A DNA stretch of 64,000 nt from Minisyncoccota bacterium (GTDB lineage: Bacteria; Patescibacteriota; Minisyncoccia; Phycocordibacterales; Phycocordibacteraceae): positions 158,499-222,498 of the forward strand of contig JBAZXD010000001.1 of assembly GCA_041660025.1 (NCBI GenBank), written 5' to 3'. The notes under the pieces were generated by a model, which worked only from the letters and a program-made list of their open reading frames with translations, searched no databases and had not been told where the DNA came from. This document shows positions 1-9,147 of the stretch, piece by piece (position 1 is the stretch's first letter; every line of letters starts with the position of its first letter). The translations under genes and the position numbers were made by a program.

Positions 1-373
1 GCAGGACTCGGGTCCTTTTCCCTATGCCCGTGTGCTGCGCGAGCTGGAGAAGATGCTCCGAGAATTTATCCCGGATGAACCGGAAGATGATGACATCGCC
101 GACGACCGCGCCCAGCGCTCCGAACAGGGACACTAAGAGTATCGAATTGACCCGGGCGATCTCGCCGAGCGTGACTATCGCCGGCGCGGTGGTGAAGACT
201 GAGGTGAAGAACATCCCGGCTATGAAGCTCCCCAACACTTCCAGCTCCCGCGCAGAGAGAAGTATCTTCACCAGGACATCCGTCTTTACCAGCAACAGGG
301 CGACGACGATGCTTACGGCGATGATAAGCACGTCATGCAACAGAAAACCGTTTGTACGGCCATTCGTGGTCAT
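1..373 (-). CDS. Hypothetical integral membrane protein, N-terminal part (the gene continues beyond the window start)
   Basis: The reverse-strand frame is open from the ATG at 373..371 through position 1. The translation (MTTNGRTNGFLLHDVLIIAVSIVVALLLVKTDVLVKILLSARELEVLGSFIAGMFFTSVFTTAPAIVTLGEIA...) contains clear transmembrane segments. The listed + ORF 24..488 is its antisense shadow. Confidence 0.5.
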   Translation of the reverse strand, partial: MTTNGRTNGFLLHDVLIIAVSIVVALLLVKTDVLVKILLSARELEVLGSFIAGMFFTSVFTTAPAIVTLGEIARVNSILLVSLFGALGAVVGDVIIFRFIRDKFSEHLLQLAQHTGIGKRTRVL

Positions 374-393
374 TTTCGACAGTATAACAGCAA

Positions 394-420
394 AACCGCC
401 CCGAATGGGCGGTTTTTGTG
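394..420. terminator. Symmetric GC hairpin with flanking A/T runs (aaaaccgcccc-gaat-ggggcggttttt); candidate bidirectional terminator or attenuator
   Basis: A perfect 8-bp GC stem is flanked by AAAA on one side and TTTTT on the other. It lies 22 nt upstream of the minus-strand gene start. Confidence 0.4.
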
Positions 421-596
421 AAGCAGTGGAGGTGCGGGTTGGTCACGAGTTGCTAAGTAAAATGCTCCGAGCGCTCGCATTTTCCTAAGCACTCTCGACC
501 CCGGCTCGGTCGTTTTTGTTTACAAAAACATACCTCCGCCATTCAATTCCCCGCGGAAGCAAAGAAGTTTGCTTCCTCCGCCTCCACAAAACAAAA

Positions 597-615
597 AGCG
601 CCCGAAGGCGCTCGT
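597..615 (-). terminator. Rho-independent terminator of ssrA
   Basis: On the minus strand the hairpin gagcgcc-ttcg-ggcgc is followed by TTTTTGTTTTG, immediately 3' of the tmRNA end. Confidence 0.6.
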
Positions 616-623
616 TGTGTATT

Positions 624-1030
624 TTGTGGAGGTGGGGAGAATTGAACCCCCGTCCGATTCTGGCCACGAAAGCGAGTCTACGACGCATAGTCAGCGTTAG
701 CTTTAACCTAGGGTGCGAGGAACGCAGACGAAACCACTCCTAGGCGATCCCTTATTTAGACGTGCCGAGCGGGAGGTCGGACATCGATCTCACGGATAAT
801 TCCGCCCATACCTCCGGCCGTGAGAACCCGAGAGGATGAACGTCGCGAGGCGAGTGGCCGTTAGGCGACCGCGTACGCGAACGTGAAATCACGCGTACCG
901 AAGTACGGAGACTTCACGCTTGCAAGAGTGTTCTTTGCAAGTATGGTTTCTCGCTAGATTAGAGTGGTAGGCGAGAGTGCACTGCGTCGCACGTCTTTCA
1001 AGGTACAGACCGTCAAAGCCGGTCACCCCC
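624..1030 (-). ncRNA. ssrA: tmRNA (SsrA)
   Basis: The minus-strand RNA begins GGGGGUGACCGGCUUUGACGG, a typical tmRNA 5' acceptor. It ends with the T-arm GGGGGUUCAAUUCUCCCC and the acceptor 3' strand CACCUCC. That strand pairs with the 5' GGGGGUG when G-U pairs are allowed. There is an internal ORF ending ...FAYAVA-UAA that resembles a proteolysis tag. smpB lies immediately adjacent. Confidence 0.85.
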
Positions 1031-1076
1031 AGAAATGAAATGATACCATCACATCGTTTCTGCGATTGATCGAGCT

Positions 1077-1149
1077 CCGCCGCCCGCGCCATAAAATGAG
1101 AGCGCTCCGGCCGCTAGGCCAATTCAACTCTCATTTTATGGCGCGGGCG
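1077..1149. repeat. Long inverted repeat: 24-bp stem gccgcccgcgccataaaatgagag ... ctctcattttatggcgcgggcggc
   Basis: The inverted repeat is perfect and read directly from the sequence. It spans the smpB stop codon and the ssrA 5' flank. Confidence 0.5.
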
Positions 1150-1568
1150 GCTTCGCGCAGCGCGTCGCGCTTCTTCAGGTCTTCGCGACGGTCGGCCTTG
1201 CCTTTGCCGCGGACGATGGCGATGCGCGCCTTTATGAACCTTTTGTTATTATACACCTCAAGAGGGATAATTGTCAAGCCTTTCTTGGATTCTGCGGCGG
1301 CGAGCAGGGCTATCTCTTTCTTCGCGAGCAGGAGCCGACGCGCTCGTTCAGGGTCGTAGCCCTTCGGCGTATTCGCCACCTGGTACGGCGGGATGGTCAT
1401 ACCGATGATGAACGCTTCGCCGCCGCGGATCACCACGCGCGCGCCGTCGAGCGAGCCGAGCTTGCTCCGTAGTGCTTTTACCTCGGTGCCAAACAGTTCA
1501 AGGCCCGCCGAGAAGCTCTCTAGCGGGGCGTACTTCAGAAATGCCTTCTTATATTCGACGAGGGCCAT
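1131..1568 (-). CDS. smpB: SsrA-binding protein SmpB
   Basis: The translation (KKAFLKYAPLESFSAGLELFGTEVKALRS...GKGKADRREDLKKRD) has the characteristic SmpB N-terminal and C-terminal signatures. The start was taken at the internal ATG (MALVEYKK) that gives the canonical ~146 aa length. It lies next to ssrA. Confidence 0.85.
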   Translation of the reverse strand: MALVEYKKAFLKYAPLESFSAGLELFGTEVKALRSKLGSLDGARVVIRGGEAFIIGMTIPPYQVANTPKGYDPERARRLLLAKKEIALLAAAESKKGLTIIPLEVYNNKRFIKARIAIVRGKGKADRREDLKKRDALREAARAIK

Positions 1569-1590
1569 ACGAAAGAGTATAGTACCTTTC

Positions 1591-3540
1591 ATGTCTCCCG
1601 CACCAGCGAAGAAACCAAAAGGGAAAAAAGCATCGCCACCTGCGCCCAAGCGTCGCGGTCTGCGTTCGCTCCTCGGCGGTCCTTCCTTCTTCGGCAATCT
1701 CGTGACCACCGTTCTCATTTTCCTCCTCCTTATGAGCGTGTACTCGCTCGTCGAAAGCTTCATTAAGCCGTCGAGCGATGTCCCGCTCTCGGTCGTCGCC
1801 GCCGACGTCGCGGCAGGGAAGATACAGTCGATTACGGTAGAGGGCGACTCGCTCGACCTCGTCTATACCGACGAATCCGTTAAGAGGTCGCGCAAAGATC
1901 CCTCCGCAGGGCTCCCCGAGACGCTCGCGACCTACGGCGTCACGCCCGAAGAACTCGCAAAAGTCTCCATCACGATACAAGGGCAGTCGGGATTCCAATT
2001 CTGGTTCCTCACGCTCGCGCCGGTGCTGATCCCGATACTGTTCATCGCATTTCTCTTCTGGTTCCTCACGCGGCAGGTGAAGGGCGCGGGGATGCAGGCG
2101 TTCAGCTTCGGTCAGTCGAAGGCGCGCGTCATTGATCCCGCCGACTCCTCGCAGCGAGTTACCTTCGCCGATGTCGCGGGCGCGCGCGAGGCGAAGGAAG
2201 AGCTTCTTGAAATCGTTGACTTCCTCAAGAGTCCGAAGAAGTTCCTCGATATCGGTGCCCGCATCCCGAAGGGCATCATCCTGATGGGTGCGCCCGGCAC
2301 CGGTAAGACACTGCTCGCGCGCGCAGTGGCCGGCGAGGCGGGCGTGCCGTTCTTCTCGATCAGCGGTTCCGAGTTCGTCGAGATGTTCGTCGGCGTCGGC
2401 GCTTCCCGGGTGCGCGACCTCTTCCAGCTCGCAAAGAAGGCCGCGCCCGCTATCATCTTCGTCGACGAGATCGATGCGGTCGGCCGCGTGCGCGGCACGG
2501 GGGTAGGCGGCGGCAACGACGAGCGCGAACAAACCCTGAACCAGATACTTGTCGAGATGGATGGCTTCGAACCCACCGAAAAGGTGGTGGTGATGGCGGC
2601 GACGAATCGTCCAGATGTGCTCGACCCCGCATTGCTGCGCCCCGGGCGTTTTGACCGGCGCGTAACTATCGACCTGCCGGACCGCCGCGACCGCGAAGAA
2701 ATCCTCAAGATACACGCACGCAAGAAGCCGCTCGGCCCGGACGTGGCGCTCGAAGTCATCGCCGAGCGCACACCGGGCTTCTCGGGCGCCGAGCTCTATT
2801 CGCTTATGAACGAGGGCGCGATACTCGCCGCGCGCGAGAACCGGACGGAGGTGGCGCAATACGATTTGATACGTTCGATAGAGAAGGTAATGCTCGGTCC
2901 GGAGCGCAAGTCCCACCTGCTCTCGAAGAAGGAAAAAGAGCTCACGGCGTATCACGAGGCCGGCCATGCGCTTGTCTCCTCAGTGCTCGAACACGCCGAC
3001 CCGGTGCACAAGATCTCCATCATCAGCCGTGGGCGCGCGGCCGGCTATACGCTGAAGCTTCCGTTCGAGGATAAGAAGATGCATTCGAAGAAACAATTCC
3101 TCGACGATATCGCCGCGACCCTCGGGGGTTATGTCGCCGAAGAAGAGCTCTTCGACGATGTTACGACGGGACCCTCTAACGATCTGCAGGTCATCACCGC
3201 GATCGCTCGAGAGATGGTCACTCGCTACGGGATGAGCGACGCGATGGGACCCATCGCCTTCGGCGAGCGCCAGCTGGGGAATGAACCGTACTCGGAGCAC
3301 GTGGCGATGCAGATAGATGCAGAAGTCGCCCGCATCATCGACGAAGCGAAGGTGCGCGCGAAGAAGGTCATCACGGAACACCGTGGCGCGCTCGACGCTA
3401 TCGCGAAGGAACTCACCGAGAAGGAGACGGTCGAACGTGGCGAGTTCGAAAAGATATTGCTGGCTAACGGCATCACGCCGAAGAAGCGGGAAGAGGAGGG
3501 CATCACCATCGCGCCTCTCGGTTCGGGTGACGTCGCATAA
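1591..3540 (+). CDS. ftsH: ATP-dependent zinc metalloprotease FtsH
   Basis: It has an N-terminal TM segment, the Walker A motif GAPGTGKT, the AAA second region of homology, and the zinc motif HEAGHA. Length is consistent with FtsH. The start was chosen at MSPAPAKK to avoid an antisense overlap with smpB. Confidence 0.9.
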   Translation: MSPAPAKKPKGKKASPPAPKRRGLRSLLGGPSFFGNLVTTVLIFLLLMSVYSLVESFIKPSSDVPLSVVAADVAAGKIQSITVEGDSLDLVYTDESVKRSRKDPSAGLPETLATYGVTPEELAKVSITIQGQSGFQFWFLTLAPVLIPILFIAFLFWFLTRQVKGAGMQAFSFGQSKARVIDPADSSQRVTFADVAGAREAKEELLEIVDFLKSPKKFLDIGARIPKGIILMGAPGTGKTLLARAVAGEAGVPFFSISGSEFVEMFVGVGASRVRDLFQLAKKAAPAIIFVDEIDAVGRVRGTGVGGGNDEREQTLNQILVEMDGFEPTEKVVVMAATNRPDVLDPALLRPGRFDRRVTIDLPDRRDREEILKIHARKKPLGPDVALEVIAERTPGFSGAELYSLMNEGAILAARENRTEVAQYDLIRSIEKVMLGPERKSHLLSKKEKELTAYHEAGHALVSSVLEHADPVHKISIISRGRAAGYTLKLPFEDKKMHSKKQFLDDIAATLGGYVAEEELFDDVTTGPSNDLQVITAIAREMVTRYGMSDAMGPIAFGERQLGNEPYSEHVAMQIDAEVARIIDEAKVRAKKVITEHRGALDAIAKELTEKETVERGEFEKILLANGITPKKREEEGITIAPLGSGDVA

Positions 3541-3568
3541 ACTTCCGATTGTTGTACTATAAAAGGGC

Positions 3569-3642
3569 GCGCCCTTAGCTCAATTGGTTAGAGCACCGAG
3601 CTTATACCTCGGCGGTTCTTGGTTCGAGTCCAAGAGGGCGCA
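3569..3642 (+). tRNA. tRNA-Ile with anticodon UAU (reads AUA)
   Basis: A cloverleaf was derived by hand: acceptor GCGCCCU/AGGGCGC, T-loop TTCGAGT, and anticodon loop CUUAUAC. No CCA is encoded. Confidence 0.7.
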
Positions 3643-3644
3643 CT

Positions 3645-4370
3645 ATGAGAAGCTCAGGAGATAATAAACTATATATAGACGGGGCATTAATTGTTGCGAT
3701 TCTCTCACTCCTATTTAGTTTCTACACCCACACGAAACTCACAGTTTTAAATAAGGCTGAAGTAGTGATTTCCCCGTCAGAGATACAAATCGAGACCTTT
3801 AAAACTAAGAGCGCAGATATTGCCGCTGATAATATTGTTCCTTCTTTAACAAACATCGGTAAAGCCACTGCCGATAATATTCGTCTCGAATTTTTCGGAT
3901 GCTATAGAGATTTTTATATAAAAAATCGACACTGTCTAAAATATTGGGATACCCAATATATAAGCGAATTGCCACCCGGAGCTACAAGCCAGTTTGGAGC
4001 CACATTAATTAATTACCCAATTCCAACTGCAGACATAGGATCAGAGCAGTTCTTGCTCCTTTTCCATGTACAGTATTTAGATACCCTTACGAACTCCCAA
4101 AAGGAAGGTTTCTATTTCTTTCACTACCTACTTGGTGTCCCGACTACGCAACAAGGTAAGTCTGCTGTTGGATATCTAGTCTCAGACGATCTTGGGCAAA
4201 TCTGTCCAGGAATTGTATTTGAGCTCACACAAGAGAATGCTTCGCTCTCTCTAATCAATAAGGCACGAGAATATTGCGTCGATGTTGGGAATCCGATTTC
4301 GAATAAAGATTGGGCATATAGCAATCCATATACATACGTTGTTCCTGAGTGGTTTAAATACCTGCGTTAA
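3645..4370 (+). CDS. Hypothetical N-terminally membrane-anchored protein encoded in an AT-rich segment
   Basis: A 241-aa ORF lies in markedly AT-rich DNA. It starts 3 nt after the tRNA and ends 1 nt before the recG stop. It has an N-terminal TM helix followed by a polar domain. Confidence 0.6.
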   Translation: MRSSGDNKLYIDGALIVAILSLLFSFYTHTKLTVLNKAEVVISPSEIQIETFKTKSADIAADNIVPSLTNIGKATADNIRLEFFGCYRDFYIKNRHCLKYWDTQYISELPPGATSQFGATLINYPIPTADIGSEQFLLLFHVQYLDTLTNSQKEGFYFFHYLLGVPTTQQGKSAVGYLVSDDLGQICPGIVFELTQENASLSLINKAREYCVDVGNPISNKDWAYSNPYTYVVPEWFKYLR

Positions 4371-6533
4371 TTACTCCAAATGCATCTCCCGGTCGGCGGC
4401 GGAGGCGCGTTCGGCGAGGACGGGATGCTGTTTCAATTCCGGATCCATGGCGATGAGCTTGGACGCTTCGGCGCGGGCGGCCTCGACGAGCTTGAGATTC
4501 TTCAGCGCTTCCATCGCGATGTCGGAGACGCCCCACTGCTTGCCGCCCGCGAGCTCGCCCGCGCCCCGGAGCGCGAGGTCGTATTCGGCGAGCTCGAAGC
4601 CGTTTTTCGCTGTCATGAACGCCTTCATACGTTCTTTTGTCGCCGGACCGAATGATTCGGGAAGCGCGAAACAGTACGACTGATGCGTCGAGCGGATGAC
4701 GCGCCCGCGAAGTTGGTGGAGCTGGGCGAGTCCGAATCGTTCGGCGCCCTCGATAAGGATGACGGTCGCGTTCGGGACGTTCACGCCCACCTCCACGACC
4801 GATGTCGCGACGAGGATGTTCGTAGTGCCGTCTTCAAATCTTTTCATCGTCTTTTCTTTGTCCGCGGGCGTCATTTTACTGTGGAGGATTTCTATCAGTG
4901 CGTCCGGAAATACTTCTTTCGAGAGACGCGCCGCCTCCGCTTTGACCGACCTCGCCTGGAGTGCGAGCTCCTTTGCCGGATCGGGCTCGTCGATGCGCGG
5001 GCAGATGACATATGCCTGGTGGCCGAGAGCGAGCTCCTCCCGTACGCGTGCATAGGCGCGTTCGCGCTCCTTTGGCCCGAGCACATCGGTCAGCACCGAC
5101 TTTCTGCCGGCCGGCATCTCGTCGAGGAGCGTGAGGTCGAGGTCGCCGTAGAGCGTGAGCGCGAGCGTGCGCGGAATGGGCGTCGCCGTCATCGAGAGCA
5201 GGTGTGGCGCAACATCTCCCTTCGTCGCGAGCTTCTGCCGGTGCATCGTGCCGAAGCGGTGCTGTTCGTCGATGATGGCGTAGGCGAAATATTTGAACGA
5301 GAGCGATTTCTCGATGAGTGCGTGCGTGCCGATGACGATAGGTATCTCGCCGTTCGAAACCATTTTCCGAAACGCCGCCTTCGAGAGCTTGGCGGACTCT
5401 TCGTACCGCACTTTTGACGGGAACTTACGACACTCGCTCCCGGTGATGAGACCGATGGGAATAGGATGGTCCTTGAAGTAGGAGACGAAGGTGGAGAAAT
5501 GCTGCTTCGCGAGAATCTCAGTGGGGCAGAGATACGCGACCTGGAGTGTGCCAGCGATGCGTCCGGCAGGGAGCGAGGTCGCGACTAAGTACGCGGTCGC
5601 CGCGGCGACCGCGGTCTTTCCGCTCCCCACGTCGCCCTCAAGGAGCCGGAGCATCGGATGCGTTTTTTCAAAATCGCCCACGATTGCATCGATGGCGTGC
5701 AACTGTGCTTTTGTCGCGGGGAAGGGGAAGGAGGCGACGAAATCCGCGAGCTTCGCGCGGTCAGCCGCGACCGGTAGCGCCACCTCCTCTTTGAGCGTGC
5801 GCCGCCGCCGTTGCATCACGATCTGGAGCGCAAAGACCTCTTCAAAGGCGAAGCGCTTGCGCGCCGCCGCCGCATCGGACATTTTCTGCGGCGCATGGAT
5901 GAAAACGAGAGAGGAAGAGAGAGATGGCAGATTGTATCGCGCGAGAATCTCCGAAGGAATAGGGTCTGCAATATGCTCGTGAATATTCGTTTCAAATACT
6001 TTCCGGATAGCGTGCATAAGCCAGAGCGAAGAGATGCCCTGGCTTTCCGGGTAGATCGGATAGAGTTCCGACTGCGGCGCGGTGCTCTGTGCGAAGAGCG
6101 AATTATGTATGTCTTCGGGGGCGACGGGCGACTTATCAATAGCAGGATTCGCGAGATATATTTTTGCTCCTGCTCCAGCCACCTTCCCTCTGACTTTCAC
6201 GACCATGCCGTCATGAAGCGTTTTCGCGATGTAAGGCTGGGAAAACCACATCATCTTTATTTTTCCAGACGCGTCTTCGAGCCACGCCTCCGCGACGGGG
6301 CGACGGCTCTTCCAGGTCTTCCGGATGTCCGGCTTGCGCACCGTGCCGTAGAGCGTCACTTCGGCACCGGCCGCGACGCCGGCGATCGTCCCCACGTCCC
6401 CGCTCGACTCATAGCGGGCGGGGAAGTGATACAAGAGGTCGCGGATGGTCCGTATCCCGAGCTTCGTGAGCGCGCGCTTCTGCTCCGGCTTCAACCGTGT
6501 AAATATGGTTTCAACAGTATTTGACAACTCCAT
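4371..6533 (-). CDS. recG: ATP-dependent DNA helicase RecG
   Basis: The N-terminal wedge-domain region (RDLLYHFPARYE) is followed by helicase motifs DVGSGKT and DEQHRFG and then the C-terminal helicase domain. Confidence 0.9.
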   Translation of the reverse strand: MELSNTVETIFTRLKPEQKRALTKLGIRTIRDLLYHFPARYESSGDVGTIAGVAAGAEVTLYGTVRKPDIRKTWKSRRPVAEAWLEDASGKIKMMWFSQPYIAKTLHDGMVVKVRGKVAGAGAKIYLANPAIDKSPVAPEDIHNSLFAQSTAPQSELYPIYPESQGISSLWLMHAIRKVFETNIHEHIADPIPSEILARYNLPSLSSSLVFIHAPQKMSDAAAARKRFAFEEVFALQIVMQRRRRTLKEEVALPVAADRAKLADFVASFPFPATKAQLHAIDAIVGDFEKTHPMLRLLEGDVGSGKTAVAAATAYLVATSLPAGRIAGTLQVAYLCPTEILAKQHFSTFVSYFKDHPIPIGLITGSECRKFPSKVRYEESAKLSKAAFRKMVSNGEIPIVIGTHALIEKSLSFKYFAYAIIDEQHRFGTMHRQKLATKGDVAPHLLSMTATPIPRTLALTLYGDLDLTLLDEMPAGRKSVLTDVLGPKERERAYARVREELALGHQAYVICPRIDEPDPAKELALQARSVKAEAARLSKEVFPDALIEILHSKMTPADKEKTMKRFEDGTTNILVATSVVEVGVNVPNATVILIEGAERFGLAQLHQLRGRVIRSTHQSYCFALPESFGPATKERMKAFMTAKNGFELAEYDLALRGAGELAGGKQWGVSDIAMEALKNLKLVEAARAEASKLIAMDPELKQHPVLAERASAADREMHLE

Positions 6534-6748
6534 AATTTATGTATATATTGTATTGCAGAAGGTTCGTTGCAAAATCAGATTCACTATACCGCATGAGGCG
6601 AACTCTTTACGGCTTATCTTTTACAATTGACTTCCGCAAGGTCGTCTAACTAGGCCGTAAAAAGTTCGTCTTATGGGACGGTACCGTACCGCACGATTGC
6701 GGGTTCTGCGCCCTCACTCCGAAAGGAGTCAACGGCAAGGAGATAACC

Positions 6749-6979
6749 ATGGAATGGCAAGATATGTCCGCAGGGACAAAAGAGGCGGCAGAACAAAATC
6801 TCTGGGTAGCTCTCGGAAGAGATGCTGGCGGAGTCGCACTTCGAATCAACTCGGACCCCGAGTATCTCAAACAGTTGGCAAAATTTGCCGCGAATCCGTG
6901 GCCTGCCGACAAGGGCACAACTACTGCGAAAGTTGCCAATAGGACATGGGCCTCTGGTCTGCCCAAAAACGAATCTTGA
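6749..6979 (+). CDS. Small hypothetical protein (76 aa)
   Basis: A strong SD (AAGGAG) sits 7 nt upstream of the ATG. The gene lies in a region of locally lower GC. Confidence 0.45.
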   Translation: MEWQDMSAGTKEAAEQNLWVALGRDAGGVALRINSDPEYLKQLAKFAANPWPADKGTTTAKVANRTWASGLPKNES

Positions 6980-7007
6980 TTTAGAATTCATGGAAAAGGA
7001 GAAACAC

Positions 7008-7298
7008 ATGAGTATAGGAAAATGTGATGAGCTCGAGCCGTTGTCGGACAAAGCGATCGACAAGATTCTCGGGGGGAAAAACGCCGAGTCAAGATTGCTC
7101 GGCGCTGCACTCAAGAAAGCAACGCCTGCGCAAAAAGCAAAAGCGCTGGCATTCCTGGACAAGGCTGGTGAGGAATGGATAATGGCGGCACAAGAGTCAT
7201 CGATTGTGTCCTGTGCGAGAGAGAATTTTCTCCGCGAGAATTACGATCATCCCGCCATCGCACGTTACCTGGGGAGACACGCGACCGAGATTTTCTAG
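7008..7298 (+). CDS. Small hypothetical protein (97 aa)
   Basis: AAGGAG sits 7 nt upstream of the internal ATG (MSIGKCDE...). The GC content is locally lower. Confidence 0.45.
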   Translation: MSIGKCDELEPLSDKAIDKILGGKNAESRLLGAALKKATPAQKAKALAFLDKAGEEWIMAAQESSIVSCARENFLRENYDHPAIARYLGRHATEIF

Positions 7299-7317
7299 CG
7301 GTCTTAAACTGAGCTCT

Positions 7318-7372
7318 GCGCATCTACTTCATCCTTCGGGATGGGAGAAATGCGCGGGGCTTTTTGTTTTTG
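7318..7372 (+). terminator. Rho-independent terminator after the small-ORF pair
   Basis: An imperfect GC hairpin (gcgcatct...agaaatgcgc, with inner catcc-ttcg-ggatg) is followed by ggggCTTTTTGTTTTTG. Confidence 0.45.
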
Positions 7373-7392
7373 TCTATACCTTACTTAGTTGC

Positions 7393-7409
7393 GCAACACT
7401 AGGTGTTGC
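7393..7409. promoter_or_regulatory. Operator-like palindrome gcaacac-tag-gtgttgc upstream of the malic enzyme gene
   Basis: The inverted repeat has 7-bp arms and a 3-nt spacer. It sits about 55 nt upstream of the maeB-like start, and a TATACT -10-like hexamer lies at 7449. Confidence 0.3.
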
Positions 7410-7463
7410 ACGTATTTCATCCACAGAACGGGAGACGGCCGCCGGGTGTATACTGGCGATTCT

Positions 7464-8594
7464 ATGGATACCAAAAAAATACTGGCTACGTACAAGAAAC
7501 AGGGCGCGCGGATAGAGACCAAGGCGCGGGTGAAGCTCTCTGGCAAGCCGGATTTCTCGCTCTGGTATACGCCGGGCGTCGGCCTCGCCGCGTCGCACTT
7601 GGCGAAGCATCCGAAGGATGCGCGGCTGATGTCGGTGAAGAAGAATAGCGTCGCGGTTGTCTCTGACGGCTCGGCAGTGCTCGGTCTCGGGAACATCGGC
7701 CCCTACGGCGCACTTCCGGTGATGGAAGGGAAGTCGCTCATATTTAAAGAGAAGGCAAATATTGATGCGTGGCCCATCGTGCTCGATACGCAAGACCCGG
7801 ACGAGATTGTGCGGATCGTGAAGGCTATTGCGCCGGCCTGGGGCGGTATCAACCTCGAAGACATCAAGGCGCCCAACTGTTTCGACATCGAGAAACGGCT
7901 TGTCGAAGAGCTCGATATACCGGTGATGCACGATGACCAACACGGCACCGCCATCGTCGTACTCGCAGGGCTCATCAACGCCGCAAAAGTGGTGAAGAAG
8001 GAACTTAAGAAACTGAAGGTCGTCATCAGCGGCGCGGGCGCGGCCGGCACGGCGGTCGCGAAGCTCCTTATCGCCGCCGGCGTGAAGGATATCGTTCTTC
8101 TTGACCGCGCCGGAACGATCTATGCCGGCCGCCCCGAACTGAATGTGCACAAGAAGGAGCTCGCCGCGCTCACGAATCCGCGAGGCGTGAAGGGCGACCT
8201 CGCCGACGCGATGAAGGGCGCCGATGTATTCATCGGCGTCTCGGGTAAGGGTCTGCTTAAGGCGCACCACGTCGCCTCAATGGCACCACGGAGCATCGTC
8301 TTCGCGATGGCAAATCCAGAACCGGAAATTTTGCCGGACGAAGCGAAGAAAGCGGGTGCGGCAGTCGTCGCGACCGGCCGCAGCGATTTCCCAAATCAGA
8401 TTAACAACGCGCTCGTATTCCCGGGCATCTTCCGCGGCGCGCTCGACAAGGGCGTGAAGAAGATCACCGAGGCGACGAAGCTCCGCGCCGCTCGTGCGCT
8501 CGCGGCGCTCGTTGCGAAACCGACCGCGGCGAAGATTATCCCCGACCTCCTTGATACGCGGGTGATGAAGGCCGTCGCACGCGCTGTGCGCTAG
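7464..8594 (+). CDS. NAD(P)-dependent malic enzyme (short form, no PTA domain)
   Basis: The translation (FSLWYTPGVGLA..., VVSDGSAVLGLGNIGP, GAGAAGTAVAKLL) shows the malic enzyme N-terminal and NAD-binding signatures. Confidence 0.85.
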   Translation: MDTKKILATYKKQGARIETKARVKLSGKPDFSLWYTPGVGLAASHLAKHPKDARLMSVKKNSVAVVSDGSAVLGLGNIGPYGALPVMEGKSLIFKEKANIDAWPIVLDTQDPDEIVRIVKAIAPAWGGINLEDIKAPNCFDIEKRLVEELDIPVMHDDQHGTAIVVLAGLINAAKVVKKELKKLKVVISGAGAAGTAVAKLLIAAGVKDIVLLDRAGTIYAGRPELNVHKKELAALTNPRGVKGDLADAMKGADVFIGVSGKGLLKAHHVASMAPRSIVFAMANPEPEILPDEAKKAGAAVVATGRSDFPNQINNALVFPGIFRGALDKGVKKITEATKLRAARALAALVAKPTAAKIIPDLLDTRVMKAVARAVR

Positions 8595-8605
8595 GAGACC
8601 CCGAT

Positions 8606-9082
8606 TTAAATCGGTGCGGTCACGATAACGGTCCCGAATTTGGACGCGTCAAGGTGATTATGATATTTCCAGGTCCCCGCCTTGTCGAAGGTGAAGGAGT
8701 AGGAAGCGCCGGAACTGAAGACGCGGCACGCGTCGAACGATGCCGGAGCACTCGTGGCACAATGCTCCTTGAGCGCAGTGCCGTCATAGGCCATATGCGT
8801 CGGATGCATCGCTGAGGCGACCCACATATCCTTTGAACTCTGGTTTACCCAGGTGACCGTCTCGCCCTGTGCAATCGTCACGCTCGCAGGAGAGAATCCT
8901 TGGTCGGTATACGTGATGGTGGTGCCGGAGGTCACGACCGTATCCGTCGCGGTCTCGCCGATCACGGGCATCTGATTCGTCGTATCCGGCACGGGCTCGC
9001 CTGCTGGAGCTTTCGAGAGGAAGTACCAACCGCCCGCGATGATGATGAGAACGACAACAAGACCGGTAGAATTTCTATTCAT
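8606..9082 (-). CDS. Secreted cupredoxin-like (plastocyanin/azurin-fold) protein
   Basis: It has a signal/TM segment and a cupredoxin-like His/Cys/His/Met arrangement (...HPTHMAYDG..., C...WKYHNH...). The start was taken at the internal Met that precedes the hydrophobic segment. Confidence 0.55.
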   Translation of the reverse strand: MNRNSTGLVVVLIIIAGGWYFLSKAPAGEPVPDTTNQMPVIGETATDTVVTSGTTITYTDQGFSPASVTIAQGETVTWVNQSSKDMWVASAMHPTHMAYDGTALKEHCATSAPASFDACRVFSSGASYSFTFDKAGTWKYHNHLDASKFGTVIVTAPI

Positions 9083-9147
9083 ACAGATTGCGTATTGATT
9101 ACATATAATGTGCTTGAATCCTAGCATACGCGGTATATACTTCGTCT

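Noticed and set aside
2-136. Plus-strand frame ending in an acidic C-terminus (...EPEDDDIADDRAQRSEQGH*)
   Set aside because: It looked protein-like but is short and lies inside the longer, TM-containing minus-strand ORF. It is judged to be an antisense artefact.
24-488. Listed + ORF of 154 aa at the window start
   Set aside because: The translation is Ser/Thr/Arg-rich and has no motifs. It is entirely antisense to a convincing minus-strand membrane-protein gene (1-373) and spans a terminator hairpin.
1549-2967. 472-aa minus-strand ORF
   Set aside because: It is an antisense shadow of ftsH, Arg/Glu/His-rich and without motifs. Long antisense ORFs are expected at ~60% GC.
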